In this document: in pieces, positions 8,817 to 18,432 of the stretch
Layout of the letters: each line of letters begins with the position of its first letter
How positions within the stretch are numbered: position 1 is the first letter of the stretch
Assembly (NCBI GenBank): GCA_964458565.1
Contig: CAYWJO010000027.1
Location: forward strand, 1-46,407
Reading direction: 5' to 3'
From: an uncultured archaeon
GTDB lineage: Archaea; Asgardarchaeota; Thorarchaeia; Thorarchaeales; Thorarchaeaceae
DNA length: 46,407 nt
Program-made: the position numbers and the translations under genes
Notes under the pieces: model-generated
Seen by the model: only the letters and a program-made list of their open reading frames with translations
What the model was told of the DNA's origin: nothing
The model's database searches: none

Positions 8817-9887
8817 ATGACAAGTACCGAGAAACCAGTGAAGGATGCGAGAAGAGGGAATCCGATGTTCTCAGCAAAGGAATTTGAATTCCTCGAATGG
8901 GCCGAGAATAACCCTGAGCATCTATTTTCTGCCCGTGCAGATGCACTACGAGAAGGATTTGAGTACCTCATAAATGAGCATCCAGATATGAAACCTCCAG
9001 AGGGATTTACAGCTGAAACCGTTGGCAATGTACAATTGATGAAGTTTCGAAAAATACCAAAGAGGAAGATGCCAGGGATGCTAAAGATTGTCCGGAATCT
9101 ACAGAGGGGAATGAGAGAGAGCTGGGAGGATATCGAGCCTTATTTGGAAAGTCTGGAACCTACTCCCTTTGAACTCAAACCAGGTCTTTGGGAAGAATTG
9201 CAGAAATTTGTCAAGAAAAAGTGGAATGATGTTTTCATTGGTTTCACAGAACTGCCTCAAGAGATGATATTCAAGGGTAAATTCACATTATTCAGATACG
9301 CAATAGTTGTTTGTCAAGAGATGAAGAAGGACAAAATAGACCAAGCACCTGAATTCGAGGCTGGGAAGGAAGTAATGCGGGTTTATGGTAGTCTCGGGTT
9401 GGTTGTTAATGAAATAGCTAGGTGGCTTAGAAAGAAAGGAGTTCGAAGCCATAGTAATCATCCATTAGGCGGATTGATTAACACACCTTCTCTTGCAGGT
9501 AAAGCTGGAATGGGATGGATAGGTAGGAATGGAATGTTGATATCCAAAGAATATGGACCCCGTCAACGTATCGCTCCTGTCTTCATTGAACACAAGTACT
9601 TCGAGTTCACAGATAATCGAGATCACGACTGGATAGAAGATTATTGCAAATTGTGTGAACGTTGTCTGAAAGAGTGTCCAGCACAAGCAATCTATCCAAA
9701 AAGCGTTGTACGTTTTGACAATGTTCCAGGAATCGATACTATGCAATCTTGCATAGATAGGGACAAGTGTTTTCCTTTCTTCGCAGAAACCCTTGGTTGT
9801 TCAGTCTGTGTCAAGGTGTGCCCATTCTCAAAGGCTGGAGATACCTATGAAAGATTGAAGGCAGTCGTAGAGAAAAGTAGAGGATGA
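8817..9887 (+). CDS. Reductive dehalogenase/QueG-superfamily cobalamin + 2x[4Fe-4S] protein (no TAT leader)
   Basis: LAGKAGMGWIGRNGMLISKEYGPRQRI; CKLCERCLKECP and C..(x9)..CSVCVKVCPF. Confidence 0.85.
   Translation: MTSTEKPVKDARRGNPMFSAKEFEFLEWAENNPEHLFSARADALREGFEYLINEHPDMKPPEGFTAETVGNVQLMKFRKIPKRKMPGMLKIVRNLQRGMRESWEDIEPYLESLEPTPFELKPGLWEELQKFVKKKWNDVFIGFTELPQEMIFKGKFTLFRYAIVVCQEMKKDKIDQAPEFEAGKEVMRVYGSLGLVVNEIARWLRKKGVRSHSNHPLGGLINTPSLAGKAGMGWIGRNGMLISKEYGPRQRIAPVFIEHKYFEFTDNRDHDWIEDYCKLCERCLKECPAQAIYPKSVVRFDNVPGIDTMQSCIDRDKCFPFFAETLGCSVCVKVCPFSKAGDTYERLKAVVEKSRG
9618..9698 (+). repeat. Copy 1 of exact 81-bp direct repeat (copy 2 at 11207..11287)
   Basis: CGAGATCACGACTGG...GCAATCTATCCA is identical in both copies. 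Confidence 0.97.
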
Positions 9888-9891
9888 TATT

Positions 9892-10086
9892 TTGGGAATT
9901 AAGAGAAGAATCCTGCTTTCCTTCATGGATAAAATAGCTATCCCTCGAATCAGGAACATCATCGAATTGGAGAAGACCACAGGTCAAATTCCTGAGATGA
10001 TCCTACCCATAGAGAATTCTCCTACACGGTTCCATATTCCTCTAAAAAGAGAAAATGAACGCCTTCTTGTCAGTGACCTGTGGTAG
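9892..10086 (+). pseudogene. Probable truncated N-terminal gene fragment; its tail is antisense flavodoxin sequence
   Basis: Starts 5 nt after the upstream stop; about 50 protein-like residues, then it runs into the flavodoxin antisense strand. Confidence 0.45.
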
Positions 10087-10290
10087 CCTATCAGCGAGGT
10101 CAAGCAGGTATTTGTGATGTTTTGCACCATATATTCCTGAGCCAAAGCCTACTAGACTATACTCTTGAAGATCTTCAGGGATTACTTCCTGTGGCAGTTT
10201 TATTTGTGCATCAAGAACTTCCGCGAAGACCCTAGCTATTTTCTCAGTATTATTGTGATGATAGGAATACAAGACTAATAGAGATTTCAT
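10042..10290 (-). pseudogene. Truncated flavodoxin family protein (N-terminal half only)
   Basis: MKSLLVLYSYHHNNTEKIA...LVGFGSGIYGAKHH...KKAFIFS then TAG; the usual C-terminal half is absent in the frames I translated. Confidence 0.8.
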
Positions 10291-10330
10291 TTGCAACACT
10301 TCAGTCAATATTGAGGAAAATAACCAAGAG

Positions 10331-10352
10331 GGGCTAGCCGCTAAACTAGCCC
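10331..10352 (-). terminator. Hairpin GGGCTAG-N8-CTAGCCC
   Basis: Just downstream of the 10363 stop, followed by a T-rich stretch on minus. Confidence 0.45.
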
Positions 10353-10362
10353 GCAAATCAGT

Positions 10363-10947
10363 CTATTCATTTACTTCTTCCGAAGGTTCGGTCACTACTT
10401 CTTTATCAGATATCTCCTGTATTATCCAGTAGATGAAGTATATTGCTATGGGAATGCCAGCAATCAGAGCAACCCAGAGAAATGCAGCAACAAAGGAATA
10501 TACCCAGACATCTAATGTCCATGCTTGAAAAGCAAGTTCCCACCGACCTTCGATCCAAGTAATAAGTAACCATGCCAACATAACAAAGAAACCAAAAGCA
10601 TCGCTATCTTCACGCCGACCACGCTGAGGCCATGCAGCTCGATCTTCTTCTGGAAGTTTTTTGTACCAGAAGAATAATGCCGCAATTATTAGTATTAACC
10701 AACTTCCAACAAAGGCAAGTTCCCAAAAAATCAAATTGAAGATAAAAGTGAAGAAATATCCGACTGTCCATTCTCCAATCATAGATGGCACGAGTCCTGA
10801 TAATTGTGCATTTGCCACAACCCAAAGTAAGACAGCAAGTGCCACAATCGCAGCCCCAACAAAACTCACAGCCGCTATTATCGTAACTTTCCAATGTTTA
10901 ATTATGAATTTTTTCTGACCTTCATCGAGAAATTCATCTTCTTCCAT
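10363..10947 (-). CDS. 4-TM, Trp-rich membrane protein of unknown function (likely start MEEDEF at 10947)
   Basis: AGGAG RBS before ATG 10947; hydrophobic helices. Confidence 0.8.
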   Translation of the reverse strand: MEEDEFLDEGQKKFIIKHWKVTIIAAVSFVGAAIVALAVLLWVVANAQLSGLVPSMIGEWTVGYFFTFIFNLIFWELAFVGSWLILIIAALFFWYKKLPEEDRAAWPQRGRREDSDAFGFFVMLAWLLITWIEGRWELAFQAWTLDVWVYSFVAAFLWVALIAGIPIAIYFIYWIIQEISDKEVVTEPSEEVNE

Positions 10948-11014
10948 ATTTAATATCTCCTTTAGGAATCTGAAAAATGATAGGAGTAAACAAACTGAAA
11001 AGTCTGTTCCCATC

Positions 11015-11473
11015 ATGCCAATCATGCGTTTCTACAAGCCTGCGGATACCCAACCCTGTTATTATTGTGAGAGGATAGAAGCGACAGAACAAGAGAAAGG
11101 ATATCCAATTCGTGATGGTATCTACACGTATGAGAAGTACGTGTTCAGATGTGCATGGCATGCAAGATTTCAGTGCTACAGATGTGAAAAGCAACACCAC
11201 TTCAGCCGAGATCACGACTGGATAGAAGATTATTGCAAATTGTGTGAACGTTGTCTGAAAGAGTGTCCAGCACAAGCAATCTATCCAGAGAGTGTTGTGA
11301 GATTTGATAACGTTCCAGGAATTGATGTGATGCGAACATGTATCGATAGAAACAAGTGGTTTCCCTTTTTCGCAGGAACCCTCGGTTGTTCAATTTGTGT
11401 CAAGGTCTGTCCATTCTCACGAGCGGGAGACACATACGAGAAATTACACGAAGTTGTTAGGAAGCGAAGCTAA
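11015..11473 (+). CDS. Chimeric ORF: Cys/His Zn-finger-like N-terminus fused to the Fe-S C-terminus of a QueG/RdhA-like paralog (possibly a pseudogene)
   Basis: CYYC..CAWH..CYRC..HH, then RDHDWIEDYCKLCERCLKECP identical to the 8817 gene; one ligand Cys changed to Trp (DKCF to NKWF). Confidence 0.65.
   Translation: MPIMRFYKPADTQPCYYCERIEATEQEKGYPIRDGIYTYEKYVFRCAWHARFQCYRCEKQHHFSRDHDWIEDYCKLCERCLKECPAQAIYPESVVRFDNVPGIDVMRTCIDRNKWFPFFAGTLGCSICVKVCPFSRAGDTYEKLHEVVRKRS
11207..11287 (+). repeat. Copy 2 of exact 81-bp direct repeat; similarity continues with mostly synonymous differences to about 11470
   Basis: Direct comparison with 9618..9887. Confidence 0.97.
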
Positions 11474-11752
11474 GAACACTATCTCAATGATCCTGAAATT
11501 ACTAGAAGAGCAGAATGACAGTATTATTGTCTTAGCTTCCTCCAAATCTCCTTGCAATATTTCCTCCACTCCCTTTAATTTTACATATTTCGTCGAGTAT
11601 CTTTGGAATCTCTACCTGTGTTATGTGTCTATTTTCTATTAGCTAGTTATGTTCCACAGTTATGACCGCAAGCTCTTTGAGGCATATTAGATCTTCAACT
11701 TGCGTATCTATTATTTAACTGATTAAACATGCTAATAGCAAGAATGTGTAGA

Positions 11753-12421
11753 TTAGGCCTTTTTCTTAGCGAATATCCAGTATTGCCTTTCTCCACCCAA
11801 TTTCAATATTCCCTCAGCTATTATGTCAAACCGAAAATCTTTCACAACTGCTAGGGTTTTATTTGGGTTGTTAGTGCTCCACAACATTGGTTCTCCAAAG
11901 AATTCACTCATTCCTTCCGACTCATATACACCTGTATTGAGAACCAATATTCCATTGTCTTTCAGCATACGATGGAAGTTCTGAATAATAGTTGGATGGT
12001 TAATTCGTGGGATATGCCATAATGTGTACACACAGATAATGCCATCAAAAAAGCCATCTGGAAAATACAGTTCGAGTATATTCTTGTGACAGAAACTAGC
12101 TTCTGGAACATTCTCTCTTGCTAATTCAATCATCTTCTCGGAGATGTCAACTCCAGTTACTCTAAATCCCTTTTTCACTAGAGATTTCGATGTTGGTATT
12201 CCAACCCCGCAACCTGCATCTAGTACTCTCCCTGCTTGTGGGAGTAGCTCAGAAAATTGCTCAAGTTCACGGTTGAATTTCTCATTGTCTCTAAATTTAT
12301 GATACCTCTCTCCCATCTTATCATAGCTTTTTTCGACTGTTTTGAATATGTCCAATATAACCAAATCCTCCTCTGTATCTAATGACAGTGATCTATTAGT
12401 TTCAGCTCGAAATTTCTGCAC
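11753..12421 (-). CDS. Class I SAM-dependent methyltransferase (true start probably TTG near 12355-12364)
   Basis: VLDAGCGVG, VTGVDISEKMIELAR, FDGIIC; GAGGAGG RBS near 12367-12373. Confidence 0.92.
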   Translation of the reverse strand: MQKFRAETNRSLSLDTEEDLVILDIFKTVEKSYDKMGERYHKFRDNEKFNRELEQFSELLPQAGRVLDAGCGVGIPTSKSLVKKGFRVTGVDISEKMIELARENVPEASFCHKNILELYFPDGFFDGIICVYTLWHIPRINHPTIIQNFHRMLKDNGILVLNTGVYESEGMSEFFGEPMLWSTNNPNKTLAVVKDFRFDIIAEGILKLGGERQYWIFAKKKA

Positions 12422-12706
12422 ATCAGTAATCCTTGGAATTATCTCTCTATTCTCTTCAGAAGAGCCAAGATTGTTATTGAACCCATTTTTATATTAATAA
12501 TTAACAATATTTAATTCATTCGTTATGGGGCTTTTTTAACTTATCATAGCGTCAATCTTGTTTCAGACGCAATAGATTTCATCCAACTTTCGATTTGTTT
12601 ATAGTTCATCTAATCAACCCAAAGTGCACAGCAAAAACCGTATAATACTGAAATAATATCGCGCGAACTTATATTCTAGTTGGATAATGTCATATCAGGC
12701 GATTGA

Positions 12707-13315
12707 ATGATTGAATGGCTAAACATAGTACTTCTTTTTGTAGCAATGTTAACATCCCTCCATTTCTATGTTAAAAGTGCCCAACCTGCCAAATTGGCTC
12801 AAGAAATAGGACCAATTGCTTATGAAAAATGTGAACGATATCGAATATATGCGAGTATCCCTCTTTTCGTACTCGTCGTTTCATATCTATTGTATGTACT
12901 ATACCCAATCCCTCTGCCATTTCCACAGCAGTTCCCATGGGACTTTTCAATCACACTTCTTCTAGCTTTAATCCTAGGGATTCCTTCATTTTCACTGATG
13001 TTTCTTGGTGTCAGAGACGCTGGCGAGGAAACTCTGAGACCGAAAGAAGATCATGAAATGTATGGAGGTATTTACAATAAGATACGACATCCTCAAGCAC
13101 TTGGTGAAGTGTGGACAACTCATCTCATCGCATTGATTCTTAACTCAACATTTCTTTTTCTCATTTCTTTTCTCTGGATCCCAGTGTTCTATTATATGTG
13201 TGTGGCTGAAGAACGTGATCTTGTAATTCGATATGGTCAAGAATATATCGACTATAGAGAGAGGGTTAGGATGTTCTTCCCTAAAATCCGAAAAAGATCG
13301 AAGGAGGGCAAGTAA
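12707..13315 (+). CDS. Isoprenylcysteine carboxyl methyltransferase / PEMT-family membrane methyltransferase
   Basis: GGIYNKIRHPQALG...EERDLVIRYGQEYIDYRERV. Confidence 0.88.
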   Translation: MIEWLNIVLLFVAMLTSLHFYVKSAQPAKLAQEIGPIAYEKCERYRIYASIPLFVLVVSYLLYVLYPIPLPFPQQFPWDFSITLLLALILGIPSFSLMFLGVRDAGEETLRPKEDHEMYGGIYNKIRHPQALGEVWTTHLIALILNSTFLFLISFLWIPVFYYMCVAEERDLVIRYGQEYIDYRERVRMFFPKIRKRSKEGK

Positions 13316-13741
13316 ATGGTTCAAGTTGATTCGAGAATAAGAGAGAATAGGTCTCTATTTACAGCAGCAATCATCCAAGTTATTTATGGACTGATTGAGT
13401 TAATAGATTCAATTGCTATCGTTCTCATCTCGATTGGTATAATACCGAATCTCTATGTTTCATTGATTACAGCTGATACGATAGTTGGTGGGTTATTGGA
13501 GACCATGCCTGTCCTTTTCATACCCATATTCTTTTTCTTTACAGGATTCCGACTACTTTCTGCGTACTGGATACTTCAGAACAAAGTCAAAGGATTTTGG
13601 CTAGCACTCTTCATTACAGTGGTTACCCTTTTTGCTACTTGGTTTCTTCTACCATTTAGTGTAATAGATATGATTGTGATTTTTCCATTTATTCTCTTAT
13701 TACTCATGGGATACTTTGAAGATGAATCTATTATCAGCTGA
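13316..13741 (+). CDS. 4-TM membrane protein, function unknown
   Basis: Starts immediately after the previous stop; hydrophobic helices. Confidence 0.75.
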   Translation: MVQVDSRIRENRSLFTAAIIQVIYGLIELIDSIAIVLISIGIIPNLYVSLITADTIVGGLLETMPVLFIPIFFFFTGFRLLSAYWILQNKVKGFWLALFITVVTLFATWFLLPFSVIDMIVIFPFILLLLMGYFEDESIIS

Positions 13742-13838
13742 CATAGCTACAAATTATTCTATATTCATTCAATTTATTAGCAATGATATCCCTTACTCAC
13801 TCGTTTTGTCGGATACGAAGGTGTAGGAGAGTAATCAC

Positions 13839-16007
13839 ATGAAAGTTCGCATGCTTCTTGTGGATGATGATGAAGAGCTCCTCTCTATGACAGAAACCTT
13901 CTTGTCAAATGAGAGTGATATATCCGTTTTAACGGCATGTTCTCCTGAGAAAGCCCTTGATCTCATTAATAGAGGAAACCTTGACGTTATTGTATGCGAT
14001 TACCAAATGCCAGCCATGACTGGATTGGATATTCTGGCGAAGTTGAGAGGTGAGGGGTGTGATATTCCCTTCATTCTCTTAACAGCGTATTCCCAAGAAG
14101 AACTAGCAATTAAAGCACTTAACCTTGGAGCTGATTTCTATATGAAGAAGGAGGGCTCACTTGATACAAAAATGGCTGAAGTAGCTCATATTGCACGCTC
14201 AATAACTGCACAGAAACAAGCTTTGGCAGAGAGTGAAGCACGATTTACGCGATTATTCCGGAATCTTCCTGTAGGTTTCGCTCGTCATAAAATGATCTTT
14301 GATAAGAACGGAGAACCTATTGATTATATCTTTCTTGAAATTAACTCAGCTTTTGAAGAATTCACAGGTCTAAAGAAAGAAGATGTTATAGGAATACCGA
14401 TAACACAAGTTCTCCCAACAATTCGAGATGACCCTACGGATTGGATAGGTATCTACGGAGAAATAATTCAGAAGCGTGTCGATAAAAGTTTCATGTCATA
14501 TTCTCAAGCTCTTGGAAAATGGTATAGTGTCAATGCATATAGTTTGGGTGATAATGAATTTGTCACTTTATTTCAGGACGTCACCGAGCAAGCCGAGCAT
14601 GATCGACAAATTCTGAAGGAAAGAAATCGGGCTGAGTCGATTCTTAATATAGCGGGGACTATGATTGTGGTCCTAGATGAAAATGGGATTATTCAGATGG
14701 TGAATCCTGCTGGTTGCGAAATTCTGGGATGTGATGCTGATTACGTTGTGGGAAAAAATTGGTTTACGACATTTATTCCTCCTGGTATTAGAGATGAAGT
14801 ATCTGGAATATTCACTCAGCTTATTAGTGGGAATATAGAAGATTTCGAGTGTGCTGAAAATCCCATTCTCACATCTTCAGGAAATATTAAACCAATAGCT
14901 TGGCGAAATTCACTAATTTTTGATGAAGATGGTATAATCAAGGGCATAATGAGTTCTGGTTTAGACATAACCCATCGTAAGGCAATTGAAAAGCAATATG
15001 CTTGGCAAGCTCTTCTTGTTAATTGTGTGAATGATGCTGTGATCTCAACAGATTTGGAGTTCAATGTGTTAAGCTGGAATAAAGCTGCTACAGAGATGTA
15101 TGGTTGGAAACCAGAAGAGGTCCTAGGTAAACCTCTTCATGATTTTGTTCAGATAATACCTGATGAAGGGATGTATCGTCATCCTTTGATTGATATTTTA
15201 TTAGATGCTGGTCTCTGGACAGGTAGTGTTCTTCACAAGGTTAAAACGGGTGAATTCATTCCTGTGTTAGCTTCTGTAGCTCTAATCAGAAATGCAGATG
15301 GTGAACCCATCGGGACAGTTTCTACCAATCAAAATATGGAAAACATAAAGCAGATTGAGGACCAAATTATACGGCAAAAGGAAGAGCTGAGTGAATTTGC
15401 CCATCTTCTTGCTCATGATCTTCGAAGTTTTATACTCAAATTAAGAGGGTATATCGAGCTGAGTGTCCAAAGTACTGAAGGGAATCATAATGAGAAAATG
15501 CTAGTTCTCTTGAAGCAGATGGATGTGTTAATCGAAAACTCAATCAGACTAGCCGATTCTGGTTTAGTTATTGGGACCAAGCAAAAAGTTAGTTTGCAGA
15601 ATCTGATAAGAGATATTTTTCAACAGATAATACCCCCCGATGTCGAAACAGAACTGGACATGCTCCCAATGGTGATGTGTGACCCTTTGAAAATCGATCA
15701 GGTCTTCCGAAACTTACTTGACAATGCAATTCAACATGGAAACCCATCCTCGATAGTTATTCATTCGAAACCTGTTGATGATGGAATCGATGTACTAGTT
15801 ATGAATGATGGCTGTAAAATAGATGATGAGCTTCTGCCAATAATACTCGATCATCGAGTCAGATCCAGTAGTGCAAGTGGTATTGGGCTCAAGATTGTAC
15901 GCAGAATAGTTGATGCACATGGATGGAATGTATCTCTGGATGATACTGAATCAACCTGCTTCAGAATCCATATACCCGCAAGAGATATTATAGATTCAAG
16001 TTGTTAG
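13839..16007 (+). CDS. Hybrid sensor: receiver + 3 PAS + histidine kinase
   Basis: LLVDDD, VCDYQMP, H-box LAHDLRS, N-box FRNLLDNAIQHG, G2 SGIGLKIVRRIVDAHG. Confidence 0.95.
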   Translation: MKVRMLLVDDDEELLSMTETFLSNESDISVLTACSPEKALDLINRGNLDVIVCDYQMPAMTGLDILAKLRGEGCDIPFILLTAYSQEELAIKALNLGADFYMKKEGSLDTKMAEVAHIARSITAQKQALAESEARFTRLFRNLPVGFARHKMIFDKNGEPIDYIFLEINSAFEEFTGLKKEDVIGIPITQVLPTIRDDPTDWIGIYGEIIQKRVDKSFMSYSQALGKWYSVNAYSLGDNEFVTLFQDVTEQAEHDRQILKERNRAESILNIAGTMIVVLDENGIIQMVNPAGCEILGCDADYVVGKNWFTTFIPPGIRDEVSGIFTQLISGNIEDFECAENPILTSSGNIKPIAWRNSLIFDEDGIIKGIMSSGLDITHRKAIEKQYAWQALLVNCVNDAVISTDLEFNVLSWNKAATEMYGWKPEEVLGKPLHDFVQIIPDEGMYRHPLIDILLDAGLWTGSVLHKVKTGEFIPVLASVALIRNADGEPIGTVSTNQNMENIKQIEDQIIRQKEELSEFAHLLAHDLRSFILKLRGYIELSVQSTEGNHNEKMLVLLKQMDVLIENSIRLADSGLVIGTKQKVSLQNLIRDIFQQIIPPDVETELDMLPMVMCDPLKIDQVFRNLLDNAIQHGNPSSIVIHSKPVDDGIDVLVMNDGCKIDDELLPIILDHRVRSSSASGIGLKIVRRIVDAHGWNVSLDDTESTCFRIHIPARDIIDSSC

Positions 16008-16014
16008 AACCTAC

Positions 16015-17649
16015 TTAGTTCTTTAGCATTTTAAATGCTAATTTGTTTACAAGAATGCTTTCTAACATTGCAAGTGAGATTTGTAATAGCAAAGCCAACA
16101 CATGACTCTGCGTCATCAATATCATTAATGCGTATCCTCCAAGTGGAATTGCATTCATCAACGCACTCACAGCCATGGCTCCAAACACTATTATTTGATC
16201 ACCTGCGATATTTACAGCAACCACTCTTCCTCCGCCTCTTACGCGATATACAAAAGTACCAATCATAATACCAACTGCATACAAAACTGGAATCTGGAAA
16301 ATGGGGACTAATAATATGAGAGGTGTAATTGGATTAGACAGAGCATACCAGACTACTAAAATTGCCATTGCTAGAATGAATTGAATACCAAATACTCTTA
16401 CTTTTGCAGTTAGAATCATTTTCGTGGTTATTGGTAGTCCTTCATGAAGTGAACCTCCTTCCGAATCAAGTCCAAGTAAACCCATAAACGAGAGACCTGC
16501 AAATGTGGCGATATAGGCTATTCCAAGAATAGCTGATGTACTTCTGAAGTATGTCTCTGATGTGAGTGCGACTAGGGGATATGCTGAAAACATCATAAGA
16601 ATAGGCATTACAATAATCATGATTGAACCAAGATTACGAGTTGCTAGTTTCATGTCTTTCCTGATAATTCCACTAATTGGATTGAGCACATCAACTGATA
16701 TCTCACGCTTTGATTCGCTTGTACTTCTTGTGACTCCTTTTACAGCAACTGCTCTTAAGGAACTGCCGCTAGTGCGATATGCTCTAATTGCAATCAATCC
16801 ATAGAAAAGTGAAGCAGAGCCTGCTAACGCTATGGTTGTAATTTGGAAACCTCCTAGTAAAGACATGGAGAAAATCCCAATGCTAAAGGGGAAAATCAGA
16901 GCAAGTATTGGCATAGCTCCGTCTCCTATCCCTGAGGATATACCCACCATCACTTCAATAAGACCAGGTAATATCCCAATTATACTGTAAGTTGCAAACA
17001 TGCCCAATACGATACCTAATCCAGCTATTATTCTGATCACAGTAGAAGCTCTTGATTCCGAAGAAGAATGAGATTTGATATAGAACCATCTTGAAACTTT
17101 GATTAAAGCTCCAATTGACAATGATGTTGTAGTCAAGCAACCAACAAGTGCTATGAATCCTACATAGGGTCCAATGACTAGTAAACATATGAGTGGAAAT
17201 ACAATATTGATGATTATTGCTGGAGCTATGAACACTCTAGTAAATGAAAGTACTAGGAGATTCTCTAGATCCTCTCTTGAGAATGGTAATATGGATGGTA
17301 GTTTCATAGTACTAGCATTGAAGAACCCTGTCGTTGCCATGAGGTTCAAGAAGAAAATTAGTATGAATGTCAGACCAAGGAAAAGTGAAATGGATAAGGA
17401 CATTCGCATATGCAGAGGTCCTATTTCTGTATCAAAATACCCCGCTGCAATTGAGATGATGCCTAACATGGTTACGAAGAACGCAGTGAGTCCCCCACTA
17501 AACCTGTTTGCGCTCTTAATTTGTCTCATGATTTTCTCAGGATCTTCTTTGATTCGTGATCGGTTCATTGGATTTGCATCGAGATATCCTTGAAAGCGGA
17601 CTTCCGTCGAAATGACACCAGCAATTCTCCATTTCTCTCGAAACTTCAA
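16015..17649 (-). CDS. ABC-2-type exporter permease (about 14 TM)
   Basis: Two hydrophobic halves; IIRKDMKLATRN and LPIT motifs; 4-nt overlap with the ATPase gene. Confidence 0.85.
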   Translation of the reverse strand: MKFREKWRIAGVISTEVRFQGYLDANPMNRSRIKEDPEKIMRQIKSANRFSGGLTAFFVTMLGIISIAAGYFDTEIGPLHMRMSLSISLFLGLTFILIFFLNLMATTGFFNASTMKLPSILPFSREDLENLLVLSFTRVFIAPAIIINIVFPLICLLVIGPYVGFIALVGCLTTTSLSIGALIKVSRWFYIKSHSSSESRASTVIRIIAGLGIVLGMFATYSIIGILPGLIEVMVGISSGIGDGAMPILALIFPFSIGIFSMSLLGGFQITTIALAGSASLFYGLIAIRAYRTSGSSLRAVAVKGVTRSTSESKREISVDVLNPISGIIRKDMKLATRNLGSIMIIVMPILMMFSAYPLVALTSETYFRSTSAILGIAYIATFAGLSFMGLLGLDSEGGSLHEGLPITTKMILTAKVRVFGIQFILAMAILVVWYALSNPITPLILLVPIFQIPVLYAVGIMIGTFVYRVRGGGRVVAVNIAGDQIIVFGAMAVSALMNAIPLGGYALMILMTQSHVLALLLQISLAMLESILVNKLAFKMLKN

Positions 17650-18425
17650 TTAGCTAAAGCCTCCCTAAGAGTATCAACACCCTCTCGAACGTCTTCGTCT
17701 TCACCTGTTAACTTCAAGAAGAGATTCTCTAAATCTGCTCCTTCTGATTCAGCTTGTTTACGCAGTTCATCTAGTGTGCCTTCTGCAACCAGTATGCCTT
17801 CATCGATTATCCCAACACGATCACAAAGCCCTTCAGCCATCTCCATAATGTGTGTACTTAACAGAACAGACCCTCCTGACTCAACATGTAATTTGATGAC
17901 ATCCTTCATAATTCGAGATGTTCGAACATCTAATCCACTAAATGGCTCATCTAGTATCAATAAATCTGGTGCGTGGAGGAGAGCGATGATAAGCATTGTC
18001 TTTTGTTTGTTACCTTGGCTGAGTGTCACAACTGTCTTGTCATAATGTTGAGTAAAATCAAGAGCCCTCGATATTTCAATTGCCCTTCGATTCGCGATTT
18101 CTGAAGGTATCTGACGAATTGATGCAATAAAATCAAAGAGTTCGCGAGGTGTGAGTGATTCATACAAAGATATTTCTTCTGGTACATAACCAACTCTCTT
18201 CTTGACTTCAATAGAATCTGTCACAGTATTTATCCCAAAGATTTCAGATATACCCGATTCCGGATCTAAAAGACCCATCAAAACTTTCAATGTAGTGGAC
18301 TTACCAGCTCCATTAGGACCTAGTAATCCATAAATTTCACCCTCTTTCACATTGAATGTTAGGTTATTAACCGCTACAAGATCACCGTATTTTTTTATCA
18401 AATTCTTTACTTCTACCGTATTCAT
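17646..18425 (-). CDS. ABC exporter ATP-binding protein
   Basis: GPNGAGKST, LSQGNKQK, LLILDEPFSGLD, STH. Confidence 0.97.
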   Translation of the reverse strand: MNTVEVKNLIKKYGDLVAVNNLTFNVKEGEIYGLLGPNGAGKSTTLKVLMGLLDPESGISEIFGINTVTDSIEVKKRVGYVPEEISLYESLTPRELFDFIASIRQIPSEIANRRAIEISRALDFTQHYDKTVVTLSQGNKQKTMLIIALLHAPDLLILDEPFSGLDVRTSRIMKDVIKLHVESGGSVLLSTHIMEMAEGLCDRVGIIDEGILVAEGTLDELRKQAESEGADLENLFLKLTGEDEDVREGVDTLREALAN

Positions 18426-18432
18426 ATCTCAA

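Noticed and set aside
9885-9892. Selenocysteine read-through joining the 8817 ORF to the 9892 ORF
   Set aside because: The frames differ, the paralogous copy ends at the same place with TAA, and no SECIS-like element is evident
10042-10044. Pyrrolysine read-through of the flavodoxin TAG
   Set aside because: In-frame sequence after the TAG (RNMEPCRRILYG, then another TAG) is not flavodoxin-like
9618-11473. Diversity-generating retroelement TR/VR pair
   Set aside because: Differences are mostly synonymous third-position changes of all base types, not adenine-specific, and there is no reverse transcriptase in the window
11530-11712. Minus-strand protein-like frame with an internal TAG (IDTQVEDL...HN*LIENRHITQVEIPKILDEI)
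   Set aside because: No start codon, short, and no recognisable family; at most a decayed fragment
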